A stretch of 64,000 nt of DNA from Octopus sinensis (Eukaryota). The stretch covers positions 2,666,001 to 2,730,000 of the forward strand of contig NC_043012.1 in assembly GCF_006345805.1 (NCBI RefSeq), read 5' to 3'. Shown here in pieces: positions 1 to 13,348 of the stretch. Position 1 is the first letter of the stretch, and every line of letters begins with the position of its first letter. Below the pieces are notes generated by a model. It made no database searches and was not told where the DNA came from. It was given only the letters and a program-made list of their open reading frames with translations. Position numbers and translations under genes: made by a program.

Positions 1-493
1 GCAAGTGAGGATCAGAATCGAAATCGATCAATGGAAATTGCGGATGTGCTACCAGTGCCGGTGGCATGTCGAAACTCTGCTTGTGAAGACCCATTGAGGC
101 AAGTGAGGATCAGAATCGAAATCGATCAATGGAAATTGCAGATGTGTTACCAGTGCCGGTGGCATGTAAGAGAACTTTCCGTTTCGCGACCGTTGCCAGC
201 ACCGCCCCGTTGCCAGCCTCGCCTGGCCCTCGTGCCGGTGGCACATAAAAAGCACCATCCGTTCGTGGCCGTTTGCCAGCTCTGTCTGGCACCAGTGCGG
301 GTGGCACGTAAAAAGCACCCACTACACTCACGGAGTGGTTGGCGTTAGGAAGGGCATCCAGCCGTAGAAACACTGCCAGATTTGACTGGGCCTGATGAAG
401 CCTTCTGGCTTCACAGACCCCAGTAGAACCGTCCAACCCATGCTAGCATGGAAAGCGGACGCTAAATGATGATGATGATGATGATGATGATGT
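1..493 (+). mobile_element. SINE 'family C' (internal GTGCCGGTGGCAC-GTAAAAAGCACC modules, RTE-like 3' tail, (GAT)n end); runs off the left edge
   Basis: Homologous copies at 13081-13348, 40365-40760 (-) and 61935-62190. 98-bp internal duplication (1-98 / 99-167). (GAT)n tail at ~467-491. Confidence 0.8.
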
Positions 494-556
494 CTAACCC
501 AAAGCCAGCAGGGAAAAACACATAAAAACAAAAATTTATCTTCATTGCAGCTCATG

Positions 557-945
557 CTCTTTTACTCTTTTACTTGTTTCAGTCATTTGACTGTGGCCAT
601 GCTGGAGCACCGCCTTTAGTTGAGCAAATCAACCCCAGGACTTATTCTTTGGAAGCTTAGTACTTATTCTATTGGTCTCTTTTGCCGAACTGCTAAGTTA
701 CAGGGATGTAAACACACCACCATCGGTTGTCAAGCGATGTTGGGGGGACAAACACACACACACATACATATACATATATGACAGGCTTCTTTCAGTTTCC
801 GTCTACCAAATCGACTCACAAGGCATCGGTCAACCCGAGGCTATAGTAGAAGACACTTGCCCAAGGTGCCACACAGTGAGAATGAACCCAGAACCATGTG
901 GTTGGTAAGCAAGCTGCTTAGCACACAGCCACTCCTGCACCTATA
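557..945 (-). mobile_element. tRNA-headed SINE 'family A' with internal (CA/TA)n and (AAGAGTA)n-like tail
   Basis: Near-identical to 50890-51270 (-), 56584-56972 (+), 23377-23726 (+) and 57462-57845 (+). Head TGGCTGTGTGGTAAG...GGTTCAGTCCC resembles Pol III A/B boxes. Confidence 0.85.
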
Positions 946-3679
946 CTTACCACACAGCCACTCCAACTTGATTTTTTGGGGGTCTTTTTAGTGTCAAATG
1001 TAGTTCTTGTTATGATCTTACACATTCTTACATTTTAATCTCTTTTCTATTTTATTTTTAACATGGCACTTATTACTGATGTTTCTTTTCCTTTCATGTT
1101 TCCATTCTTCAAAAAATTCTCATTCCAACAGTTGATGACTAAATATATTTCAGTAACAAAAGTTCTTCGTTTGTTCCCATATCAGGCTAACCAGGTAGCA
1201 TGCCACACCTGATACTTTTCACTGTCTACTTTGGTACTTCACTCTTTTGATTTCTTATCCCACTAGGCTTTTAACATTATCTTTTCTCTTCCTCTGGGGT
1301 TCACTGCTACATGGAAATAGTTCCATGTCTTGAACTACTTTGTTAGTAGTCTGTTTTTTAGTGTTTTATATTGCTCCACTTCTGTACAAAATCTTTTGAT
1401 TCTATTTTTATTTCACACATAACGAGAGACATTATTTACTGCATTATAGTGCTAACCTTTTTATACTGCCATCATTCAATTATTTTTTTTTATTTTGATA
1501 CTTCTACACATCTATCATCCAATACTTTATAATTATAGCATCCTACCATTTTATATACTTTATAATCCTACCATGCTACTATGCAACATTTTATAGTTTT
1601 ACCATTCATGTATATTTCTAACCATTCAATATAATGCTACAAAGCTAAATGTTAAAGTGGGAAATTTTGTACTCCCAGTTACTTAAACAACGCAGAAACT
1701 GAGATAAACTTACTGATATCTATTTGAGATTTTAAATAAAAATAATATTTATTCTTTTCATAAACAAAAATGTTGTTGTTACTATGAACAATAAACCACC
1801 AAGACAGTTTGAAGATTATTGTCCTTGGATTGGTGTGAGTCTTCATGTTACTGTTTGTCTATTGTGGTTAGCTGCTGGTTGTACTACTGTCTTCTGATGT
1901 CCCATGTTTGCCATCTGTTCATTGTTTTTGCATTGATCCAGCACTTGGATCAGCTGTTGTCAGTGCAGTTGGCTGCACTGAAGATACAGTGATGGTTTGG
2001 CCCAGACAGAAGTGTGCCAGAGATGGAATTATTATTGGAGCCAATTCTATGCAAAGTCTTGATTAGTCAGATTTTTTAAATTTATGATGTAGATGATATT
2101 CTAGTGAATTGTGACATTGGATATCGTGATCTGATTGTGAAATATTCCTGCTACATAATCTAACCAAATGAGCCTGAAGGCATGAAACAAGAAAGAAAGA
2201 AAAAGAAATTCTTCAAAGACTTACCATTCTATACTTTATAACTCTACTTCTGAATAATTTAATGTGCTGCCATGTAACACTTCATAGGTTTACTGTTCTA
2301 TACTCTATAGTTCCACTGTTTGCATCATTAGAATGTTATTATTCTACACATAACAAAGCTACTATTCCCTACATTATTCAGCTGTTACCATGTACTATAT
2401 TTCACCACTTCTGTTCCTTACTGTAGACAGACAGAGTTGTCTTTCATTATTTTACACATTTTTACCTTACTCAACACCAGAGGTAGTTTCTATATGGTCA
2501 CTTAAACCTGTAGAAATAACATCCAAATATCCCTCAAATTTTATTCTGTCATAAAAAAAAAATGAAATGACATGGACCATATTTTCATAAATATATAGAA
2601 AGAGAGAATGGTCATAGCTGGAATGCTTTTGATTCGAGCAAAACCCAAGGCTAAACAACAACTCCTCTTCAATACATTGTACTGCTACCATTTACTATTT
2701 TATTCAGCTACCATTCCCTGCTGTTTACTAACGATCCATCAATCCATACAATCACTACATTCGCTAGCTACTTATATATTTGTGGTGGTGTACAATTACA
2801 GCTTCTTCTAACCAGGACTATCCTTCTCTGATATGTAGAATGCTACATCTTTTTCTGAATTTAAATAAATTTCTTGCTTTTTTTATAATTTTGTTAACTT
2901 TTATTTTCACTAATGAATTGCTCTTTTATTAAGCAGTTTTCATATTTCTCTTTTCACGTAAGCAAATCTGGGGATGGGAATAGGATACTCTCCATGATTT
3001 TTGTGGATCCTTTCAGATTGAATATCTGCCAGAAAAATATGGGCTGATTGAGAATCAAGGGTTTTTCTCCTACAAATGCTTAAAATAAGTAATAAAAGTA
3101 CCCAAGAGGTACGTGGTGGTGTTACACTTGCTGCCATGTTAGGGTAAATACCCATTAAATGTTGTCATCTAAAAGGGAATCATTGATATGCAGAAAAAAA
3201 GAATTGATCTAAAATATCGCATTCAGTAAATTCACAGTTTTAAATAATCCTTTTCTTTCAGCCAAGTTGATCAGTTTTTCTTCCCCTTTAGAAACTGTTT
3301 CTCTTCTCCATTTTTACCAATCTTTACACTGTTTCTTTATATTTCCATATATCTCTGTGATTTTTTTTTTCTGTATTTCTTTGATTGATTGATGCCAGTG
3401 ATAAAAGAAGAATGACATTGATATCTTATTTCTATTTGCTGAAAGATGATGATGAAATTATGTACCAGTAATATACTGGTCTATTCTATCAAATTCACCA
3501 TGCCCCTCTACTACAAAAATTATCCTTGTGTCTTAATGAAAACAAATAATTATTTATGCATAATTTCCTTCATTTATATTATGTGTGTATATGCATATAT
3601 TTATACATGTTTTTTTTTTTGTTTGTTTTGGTTTTGGTTTGTAATATATATGATTTTCCTTTTATTTCTCTGAATAAAG

Positions 3680-3873
3680 GACTAGTGAAGATGACGCTGA
3701 TGTGGAAGACTTGGACGATGATGCCAGTCATATCCTTACTTGGGAAGAAGCCTGCCTGCTTGCTGAAACATTGCAAGAGAGACAGGCTCGGGAGAGCATC
3801 CCCAGCAAGTTAGCTGATAAGTGCAGGCTTCAGCTAGAAGACACTGACAGCACAGAAGAATCTAGTGATGATG
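3680..3873 (+). CDS. MICAL: MICAL-family gene, internal coding exon (acidic: TSEDDADVEDLDDDASHILTWEEACLLAETLQERQARESIPSKLADKCRLQLEDTDSTEESSDD)
   Basis: Pyrimidine-rich ...tctgaataaAG acceptor ends at 3679 and G|GTTAGG donor follows 3873. The 194-nt open frame is phase 2 to 1 and joins the next exon in frame. Gene identity comes from the downstream bMERB exons. Confidence 0.8.
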
Positions 3874-4565
3874 GTTAGGCACAAATATATATCTACATAC
3901 GTATATGTCTATATCTATGCATAATTACATTCACTTATACGAATTTGCCTTGCTTAAATAGTAAATTCTTCCTGCTTTTTATTACACAACTGCAAAATGT
4001 GAAAACATTTGTCTCGTGCTTTTTAGTTTTGTGTTTTACCTCCAGTGACACAAAAAAGCAAAAGGGGAGCTATTGGTAATTTGTCACCTTTCCTATAATA
4101 CTTCCCTCTCTCTCTCTCTCTTTCTCTCATTATATATTGATACTTAATTTGTATATACATCTGTGTGTGTAGATATACACACGTATATATAATATGGAAT
4201 TTCAGTGTATTTCAAATCACTTTAAATGTGTAAAAATATTTTCATTCCTAGAACATTGTTGTGCATGTCTTATGCCTCAAATTTCTCATGTGATTAATTG
4301 TTTTAACATTATAAAAATGTAGAGAGAGGAGAGAAGAAAAAAAAAAAACTGAAATAGTTAGAAAAAAAAAATAGAAATCCCTTTTCTATTTCACAAGTTC
4401 CATGAGTAACAAGTATTGTTGTAAAGCTTAAGAAGTGTAGTTGTTGTTGTTGTTGTATTTGTTGCTGTGGTTGTTGTAGCTGTTGTGGTTGTTTGTGTTG
4501 TCATACTGTCATGTAGAAGTGCATGACCTCTTAGTAATGTCAAATATTTATACTTCTTCCACCAG

Positions 4566-4835
4566 AAACAGAGACAGAGAAAGGTTTTTCATCTGATGAC
4601 GCTGATGACACAATGAAAGATCAGACAACACCTGACACTGAAAATAAAACACTATTAGATGAAATGGCTGATGCGAGGACAGATCAGCGATTATCCAGAT
4701 TGCGACCTACATCGAAAGTTGAGCCTTTATCACCTCTTCGCTCTCCGACTAGTCCCGCTAGTCAAATGGAAGCAAGAGCCAAATTTTTTGCATCACCCCC
4801 AGAGCCAGTTCGACTCGATGCCAAACTGCTCTTTG
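4566..4835 (+). CDS. MICAL: MICAL-family internal exon (ETETEKGFSSDDADDTMKDQ...EARAKFFASPPEPVRLDAKLLFG)
   Basis: cttcttccaccAG acceptor and G|GTAAGA donor. 270 nt, phase 1 to 1. Overlaps track ORF 4613..4981. Confidence 0.88.
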
Positions 4836-5891
4836 GTAAGACTGCAATTCATCTGCAAGGAAATGAATTTCAAAAGTATACATATAATATAAAGAGAAAG
4901 AAAAGCCAAAAAAATATAAAAACAACTACCATTATTCTTCATCTGCTTTACATTTTAAACCTGTTATGTTTGGGTCAGTAATTGTTTTATTTGATCCAAA
5001 CATGTCATCTTTATACCAATGGAAAGTCTAAAGCATAAACTGATATGTATGTGTGTTTGTATGTGCGTGTGTGTGTGTGTATAATATAAATATATATATA
5101 TACACATATGTGTGTATATATATATAATATATATACATGTGTGTGTGTGCGTGTGTATGTGTGTATTTATCATGTTCCTTTATTGCTATCCATCACTTTC
5201 TCTCACTTTCATTACTCCCTCTTCAATCACCTTACCTTCCTTCCTATCATTCTGTCTGTCTGTCTCTCTCTCTCTACTCATTCCACCACTCATGCTTTTT
5301 CTCTACTACCTCCTTACTAACAACTAACATGTTGCTGCCTATCACTGTTTCTCTTCTATTGCTTACCTCTTCTATCTTTCGCTCTAATTCTTTACTCCCT
5401 CAGTTCTGTCTTCCGTCACCTTCATCACATCTAAAATGAATGGAAATAGTGTGGATTAGAAAGGATTCTTTAGTCTTGTGAAAAACATGACAACCCCTCT
5501 AGTGCTGGTGCCATAAAATGTATCCAGTCTATGCTGTAAATTGGTTGGTGAATGAATAGCAACAATGTAGGACTAAAGAACCTTTTAGTTTTCCTAAAAA
5601 CATGAAAACTGCAACAAGTACACTCTGTAGATTGATTGGGCATCTAGCCTTTGGAAACCAAGCTAAAAATGGAATAAACAAATGAGGCATGGTCCTCCTA
5701 CCCATGTAGAAGAGCAGCAACTCCATGTAAGACATGAACTGGACTGGACCATGATGACTTTTTCAGTCTATGTAAGCATGAAAAGTAGATACCAAAATGA
5801 GGATGATGATGATGATATATAGTGTATTTATGTGGGTATATAAAAAGTAATGTGTGTGTGTGTGCATTTACACACACACACACATTATAAA

Positions 5892-7375
5892 ACATCCTCA
5901 TTTCAGTTCTGCTTCTTCATGCTTGTATGGGTTAGTCAGGTTTAATTTTAGCACAGTGTCCTCCCATTTGTGTTCCTTTGTCATCTATTTTCTGAGGCTT
6001 GGAATCCTATAACCAACTCTTACCATTCCTATCAACTCATCTTCTACAGGATCCTCATACCTGAATCATTTGGCTCTTATTCACTTACCTATCATTCTTC
6101 AAATTCTTTACACGTCCATATCATCGCAGTCCCCTATCATTGCATACCAAAGCGCACTCATCAGATGCCTAGCGTTTATGCACAAAAGCATTATACATCC
6201 AGTGAAGCATGCTCACCTTATTTCTTTCCAGCCTTTGTACATCCTCCATATTCGACATGCATATCTTGCTCCCATGCAGTATTGTGCTTCACATGCAAGA
6301 CTCATGTCATCTTGGTTGTTGACAGAGTTAATATCTCCCAGAACTTTTTCAGTCTTGTCCTTATTCTAGCCACTATATTTCTGCTGCATCCTCTTCCACT
6401 GCAGTTTGGTTTGCTTATGTTGCAGAAGTTATCCACTACTTTTAATGGTTCTTCTGGATAGCTCAAATACTCCACTTCCTCAGTGCTCTTTCAGCTAGCT
6501 ACTTGGGGTGTATCCATTACATATGACATTCATCTCATACAGCCTATCTGAGATCCCTCTGCATCCATTTGTCTACATATTATTTGCACTGGGTGCACAA
6601 ATTTCCTGCCTACTCCCTTTCTGCACATCAAGTATCATGATGTCTCAATTGGTAGGACCGTTCTATTTGATTTCTCATAGCTGACTAACAGTTTTTGCCT
6701 TTGCTAATTTGAAATATAGGCCTCTTAATTCTAATTCCAATTCCTTTAGGCACTTTTCTTTGAATTCTTCAACTGATTCAACTATGAGAACTGTATCATT
6801 GGTATACAGATGTTCCCACTAGAAGCCAATTTGAGCTTCTCTGTAATAGTTTGTAAACAAGAGAGGACTGAGAACCAAGCTTTGATGGACATATCACGGC
6901 ATATTAAATCTTCACTGTGCTCAGTGTTAATTCCCATTTTGCTAACAACACTCCTACACATGACTTACATGGCTGTTATAAGCCATTCATCTACACCCAT
7001 TATTCTTAGGGATCACCAGACTACACAGCATGGAATCCTGTCAGAGGTCTTCTCTAAGTCAGTGATTGCTAGTTATAAGGGTTTGTTCTGAGTTAAAAAA
7101 CTTCCCTTGTCATTTCTGCACTAGGAAGAATGCATTGGTGTTTCCAAGTCTAGGTACAAACCCAAACTGAATCTCATCTAAGTTTATTCTCTCCTTGACT
7201 TTACTATAACTCTGCTACTTTTTTGGATTTGGTCCATCCCCATCAGTTTAATGCCTCTACAGTTAATTCTTTCTAGAGCGTCCCACTTTTCTTTGTAGCA
7301 GTTCACAATGTTGCTGCTGCATCAGTCATTAAGCACAACCTCTCTGTACAACATCATTGACTATGTGAATAACCA
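5892..7375 (-). mobile_element. Decayed RTE-clade LINE, RT C-terminal half plus 3' tail
   Basis: Minus-strand translations: AITDLEKTSDRIP (~7031-7070; cf. AFVDLEKAFDRVP), VHQSLVLSPLLF (~6855-6890), WEHLYTNDTVLIVES (~6790-6817; YADD decayed), VVDNFC...IVARIR, HGSK...RLERNKVSMLHWM. Many stops and frameshifts. Confidence 0.85.
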
Positions 7376-7920
7376 GTGCATGTCCTACATTTCTGGATGT
7401 TTTCAACACCTCAGCGACTAAACTTGACCGTACAGCAGTCAACCTTCATATGTGGTCCCTCTGTTGGATCCGTTTCGGGTTCTCCCCTCCTCTCCCTCTC
7501 ACACACCTTTGTCATTCCACAGCTGCTTCTAGAATCATTTCCATGCTTCTTTCTTCTCAGTGTCGGTCAAGGTAAGTGCACTGCTGTAGTTACGAATGCA
7601 CTTTTCATCAATGATGTCCTGATTTGCTCTGACTCATTATATATATATATATATATCAAATATAAAATATTAACTTGGGAAAAATACCCAGGGCTGCCTG
7701 TTGCATGAAAATGTTATACTTAAGTGGACAGTAGCATACTTAATGTATAAGCCAAAAAAATTTTAATTAAATTTACAACCTCAGTAATGAGAACAATCAT
7801 TATTTAAATGGCTAATTCTTGTCAAAAAAGACAAGTGGGGCAACCTTGAAATTTTAATAAAATTAATTTAAATATCAACTACAGTGAGGAATGAGCCAAA
7901 TCTTTAGCAGTACTGGAACA

Positions 7921-7963
7921 ACTTCAGACATGTTTCAGTCTCACTGGACTTCATCAGCAAAGC
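7921..7963 (-). ncRNA. Minimal (dimer-type) type I hammerhead motif, partly decayed, in a probable Penelope-like pLTR remnant
   Basis: Minus strand reads GCTTTG-CTGATGA-AGTC(cagtga)GACT-GAAA-CAT-GTC-TGAAGT. Core intact, 4-bp stem II, palindromic ACATGT stem III, GUC site, and stem I with three G:U pairs. Confidence 0.65.
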
Positions 7964-8140
7964 AGTCTAGCTGTGGCTGCAAGGTCTTGGAGCAACAGGA
8001 GATTTTTTTTTGCATGTGTGTGAATGCATACTGAATGGTTCAATAAATTAAAATAATTTGTTGTTTACCATACTGCTAAAGATCAGACACAGCCTCAGCT
8101 GTATTCCATATTTTTCTTCCTCTCCACTTTTTATCCCACC

Positions 8141-8180
<40 letters not shown>

Positions 8181-8339
8181 TCAACTCTACTGTTCTCACT
8201 TTATCTTTACTCTTGCCCCACCTCTCTTTGTCTACTTTACCTGCAGTTTAGTTCACTGACACACATATAGCAAAAACAAAAACCAGTTCCTACTTCCTAT
8301 TTCACAGATGAGTGGTTGGTGAAAAGGGTGGTGGCAGTG

Positions 8340-8340
8340 G

Positions 8341-8414
<74 letters not shown>

Positions 8415-8415
8415 T
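8340..8415. repeat. Long (GAT)n microsatellite
   Basis: About 25 perfect units; source of the poly-M/I/S ORFs in the track. Confidence 0.95.
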
Positions 8416-9157
8416 TGGTGGCGGTGCTGGTGAGGGCATCCAACTGTAAAGACAATTGTTTTGACAAAATTCTATTGCACCCATCCATGCAAATACATAG
8501 AACCGAGACAATAACAACAGCAACAACGATAAAAGGATGTCAAAAAAAAAAAGAGACCAGAAATAAAGTTAGCAGTTGTAGCATGACATGTGTATCAAAA
8601 CTGTTGTGTGTGTGTATTCATATACACATGGTAATTCAAATCTGAAACAATGTTGCTACACAACATGTTAAGTGGTAATCAATAGCAATTACCTGCACTG
8701 CTGCAGTTGCACATGATGTATGCCTATGCATTTAGTGCGCAGGTGGAAGCCTATATCAGAGGATGGATGTGTGTGTGTGCACACTTATATATCTTCTGGT
8801 GTGTATTATGTGTATACACTTTGTGTGTGTGTGATTAAGAAGTTTTCTTTTGAAGTACATAATTTCCGATTCAGTCCCATTGTATGGTGCCTTGGACAAG
8901 TGCCTGCCTTCTATTTTAGCCCTGCTTTGACCAATTTTCTTCTGTGTGAATTTGGTGGTCAGAAACTGTAAGAAGCCCATTGTGTGTGTATGTATGTCAA
9001 TGTATGCTAATGTTGACATCCTACACAGCTCTGAATTCCAGACAGTGATATGTTTACATTCTTTGTTGCTCTGGTCTTTTGAAAATGTGTTGAATAAGAA
9101 GTTCCTTACTTGAAAAACAGGTAAGGGTTGAGTGATAGAATAAGCTTCATCTCTCAG

Positions 9158-9159
<2 letters not shown>

Positions 9160-9188
<29 letters not shown>

Positions 9189-9630
9189 TGTTTTAACATC
9201 CACTTTCCCATGCTTGCATGGGTTAGGCAGAGTTTAATGAGGGAGATTTTTCTATGGCCGGATGCCCTTCCTGCCACCAACATTTGCCGCCCGTTTCCAA
9301 GCTAGGTAATATTTCCCTTTGGCCAGACATGTTTTTTTTTTCCAAAATATTGGAAATGAACGACACTGCTTGTATGACAGTGACAATCGTTTACAACTAT
9401 CACATGATGTGAAGACAAGGAGACACAAACATGCACACACTCACATCTAAATGTGCACACACACACACACACACACATGGCAGGCTTATTATAGTTTCCA
9501 TCTTCCAGATCCACTCATGGGGCCATAGTTGGTTTGGTGTAGTAGTAGAAGACACCCAAAGTACCATTCAGTTATATTGAACTTGGAACTATGTGGTTGG
9601 GGAGCAAACTTCTTAACCACACTGTCTTGC
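9160..9630 (-). mobile_element. Composite SINE 'family E' (family-A head, family-C-like central block and (GAT)n tail)
   Basis: (CAT)n...CATGCTTGCATGGG...GGATGCCCTTCC...then family-A-type TAGAAGACAC...CTTAACCACAC. Homologues at 13349-13820 and 24935-25350. Confidence 0.7.
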
Positions 9631-9769
9631 CTGTGCATCCAAGACATAAAATCCTGCTTGAAATACATTCCCATTCAACCCATACTAGCATGGAAAAATG
9701 GATATTTAAGAAATGAATGATACCATCATCATCATTCTACATTTGTTTTCTACGCTGGGTTATATAATT

Positions 9770-10755
9770 ATGGTTATTCTTGTTCTCTAAGCCAAAGCCA
9801 TGGAGTTTAAGGTAGGCTGTCTGTGGAATTCTTGTATGCTATTGACCTTGCTCTCATAGCTGAATCTGCCATGGCTCTGAACAAAAATTTCAAAAGATGA
9901 AGACAAACCCTATAATTGAGAAATCCTAAAATAAAACCTAGCAAAAACCCAAGTTCTAGTTAGCAGGAAAGACGACACGATTCTACCACCATACTGGAAG
10001 TGGCCATGTTAGATATATAGAAGAGGAGGAATTAGAAATGACAAATGGTGTACCCATTGTAAACTGTAAATACACATGGTATGGGATCACAGGCAGGTTT
10101 AACAGAGGAGGTCTTTGTATGTGGGAGTAGTTAACGGTTAGAATATATGTGAAATAAATTGTTTTAAATGCTTGGAAGATTCCATAGTAGTAGCTTCAGT
10201 TACTGAGGTCACCTAATTAGCAGATATGGTGGCTGCTCTGAAAGCATTGTCGACAGAGTAAGAACAAAGTGAAAAAACAGTTTAGGAGGTGAAATTTATT
10301 CTGCTGGCAACAAAGGGATTCATTCTCTTTGAGTGGGAGGTAGAGTGTATGATATTTTATATGAATTGCAATGCTACAGGATAGTGAAATGTGGACTTCG
10401 AATATGGAAGATGTGAGAAAACTGGAAAGAAGTGAGATGAGCCTGTTCTACTGGATGTCTTATGTTAGTATGCATTAGTAATGAAGAATAAATGAGGTGA
10501 GAGATAAAAGCAACTGAGAATAAGATGAATCAGATATAAAATATAGGCGACTGTGTTGGTGTGGACATGTGATGTATATGGAAGATGACGATTGTATAAT
10601 GAAATACCAAACAATGTAAATATAAGGAACCTACATTAAGGAAAACAAGAGAAGCTGTGGTGAAAGTTGAACTCAGGGTGTTGAACCTTATGAAGGAGAT
10701 GGCAAAGAATCACGTCAAGTAGTGAAACTCAGTGACGGATATAAAATGATGATGA
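9770..10755 (+). mobile_element. Decayed RTE-clade LINE 3' fragment
   Basis: EFKVGCLW, DLALIAES (9844-9867), LAKTQVLVSRK (~9938-9970) and WKWPC are recognisable RTE RT C-terminal blocks. Ends in ATGATGATGAT. Confidence 0.75.
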
Positions 10756-12793
10756 TATGTGTGTGTGTATATATATATGCATTGTAATTTAGACCCATTA
10801 GTTGTGATCAAAAGAGTAACACCTGTGACTATATCCAGTCTCTGTACATATGTGTTTTTTTCTGTGTATGTGCATTTTGCAATCACAAAGTGTTCATTTT
10901 GATCTGACCTGTGCAGCACCTTAGACAAATGTTCTCTGGCTTGAAGCTGCTCAAGCTACATGAATGAAATTAGGGTGGAAGGACATTGTGTGTTGGAAGA
11001 CCATCAAATAGATGCCGCTTGTAATGCAAAAGAGCCAGACTTTGTTACATAGTGTGTTACAGTGGAGGATTATGTTGTTAAGTGTTCTATATGTCTGTGG
11101 AATACTCAGTCACACTGCACTTCACAGAGGAAATAGTTCAGTTGATTAAACAACTTGGTCAAAAGAGAAAATGAATGGCACCCTTGACCGTTTTGCAACT
11201 CTTCCCCACCACCAGAATCTGGTGGGATGGGGGGAGGGGGGAAAGAAGCCATTACTTACGGCTTATTGCTGTAGAAAGTGGCACATCAGAATGTCGAGTT
11301 ATCTTCTGGCCTGAGAATTTGGTTGAAAACCTGCAACAGAGTTAACACTACAAAAAGCACCCAAGGTCCAGTGGGAAGAGTGTGTCTAACATGGTGACTT
11401 ACTGACTTCACCAAACAAGTGGAAAATGTAAGCAAGTCCACTCAAGTGTGTTTGTGTATGTGTGTGTATTAATATGTACATAAGTGTTTGTGTCTGTGTG
11501 TGTAAACAAAAAGCGTTATCAGATCACATATAAGGCCTAATGCTATAGCCACCACTTGCTACTGATTGGCCTTTGATTCTAAAGTAGCACAATCCAAGTA
11601 ACCATAAGCTCACCACTGATTCTACATCCACACCATTCTAGTGACCATATACTCACCACTTTTGTGTCTGTTTGTTAAACATGATGTCTTAGTTCACCAG
11701 AAACACGATCCTGGTCCTGCACTAACACTGGCCTAATTACCTTATCCAGACCAACTGATACTATGAATAATACTATCCCAGTGACTATATAATAGTAATA
11801 ATAACAATAATGTTGTCCTACTGACCGTATCTTCTATCAGTTTACCTCTCAGTCCTCCCCCTCCCCTCCTTCTTTCTCTTTCTCTATCTCACAACTCTCC
11901 TTTTTCTTGTACTGTCTCTCTCAAGCTTCTCCACCCCCACCCCCAAATGAGCTCTTTTAGTTTTGTTGATCATTCTATTAATGTCTCTCCTTATTAGTCT
12001 TCTCTCTCTTTAGCTTTATAGTTTCTTTTCTAGCTTCTTTCTTTCTCTCTTAACCCTCTGTCTTCCTGCTGTAGTCTCTCTCTCTATCCCCCCCCTTCTC
12101 TTTGACCATTCTGCTACAGTCACTCTTTTTGCCTCTAATTTCTTGCTTTTTCTCCTGTCTTTAACTTCTGCTCCCTCCTTGTCCTCTCCTCCTCTCTTCT
12201 CTCTCACCCCGCTTCCTTCTCCTTTCCCCTCTTTCACTCCTACTTTCTTCTCCTTTCCCTCTTTCACTCTACCTCCTCCTCCTCTCCTTCTCTCACTCTG
12301 CTTCCTTAACAAAAATAACAAACACTCTTTTCCTTGGGAAACCATTAATCAGAACTAAACCAAAAATCATTTGCAAGCATTGGTAATTGGTAACTTTTAA
12401 ACAATTTTTATTATCGATTAATCACCAGAAAGGCTATCACTCTTCACTGTAGAAAAATCAAATTTAGTAGCTGACACTGCATGAAGTCACTGTCTTGATA
12501 GTTAAACAAGAAGGAATAAAATGAAATAATATAATTGTAAAATAAATACTTACCATCTTATTAATTTTTTAAAAAATTGTTGTTTTTCAATTGTTAGTGG
12601 TAAAGTGGTTTGCTTCTATGGTACATTTACGTTTCTTTTATTTATTTTGCTATTGGGCTTTCAAATAACTTGCTATTTTACAGCTTGACTATTTCTCTCT
12701 TAGTTGTGAATTCCTATCAAGGTAGAATATGTAAAAAGGAAAATTAATGCCCGTTGTTAATTTTTGCATTTATTTTACTTGGTTCTCTCTCAG

Positions 12794-12974
12794 GAATCGA
12801 CAAATCTGAAAAAGCAGGTGAGAAGACGCCGACATCGACTGAAAATGTTAATAATGCTAAAGATGAAGCTGTCACACCAAGCACTACTGATGTTACCATT
12901 GGTCAGGCATCTGATGCGGTGGTCACTAAAGTAGAAGATTCTAATTTGGATAAAGAAGCTTTAAAAGATGCCAT
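12794..12974 (+). CDS. MICAL: MICAL-family internal exon (GIDKSEKAGEKTPTST...DKEALKDA)
   Basis: ttctctctcAG acceptor and AT|GTAAGT donor. 181 nt, phase 1 to 2, matching the phase-2 start of the giant exon. Overlaps ORF 12754..12978. Confidence 0.88.
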
Positions 12975-13080
12975 GTAAGTCAAAGACATCGTTTATTCTC
13001 TATCGTCAATCATTTTATTTATTTATTTTAAACCTTCAAACTGAACTAGTTTATTTGTAATTCTATAAAAAATATAATCA

Positions 13081-13348
13081 TCACCGACTGGCCTCGTGCC
13101 GGTGGCACGTAAAAAGCACCATCCAACCATGGCCGTTTGCCAGCCTTGTCTGGCACCTGTGCCGGTGGCACGTAAAAGCACCCACTACACTCATGGAGTG
13201 ATTGGCATTAGGAAGGGCATCCAGCCGTAGAAACATTGCCAGATCAGACTAGGCCTGGTGCAGCTTTCTGGCTTCCCAGACCCCAGTTGAACTGTCCAAC
13301 CCATGCTAGCATGGAAAGCGGATGCTAAACGATGATGATGATGATGAT
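13081..13348 (+). mobile_element. SINE family C copy
   Basis: Two GTGCCGGTGGCACGTAAAA(A)GCACC modules, GGAAGGGCATCCAGCCGTAGAAAC block, (GAT)6 tail. Confidence 0.8.

Noticed and set aside
31-436. ORFs of 89-108 aa, and similar ORFs at 40399-40854
   Set aside because: They are translations of the GC-richer family C SINE.
11850-12345. Lys/Glu/Arg-rich minus-strand ORF, and similar CT-rich tracts at 18100-18350 and 62810-63250
   Set aside because: Translation of polypyrimidine low-complexity DNA.
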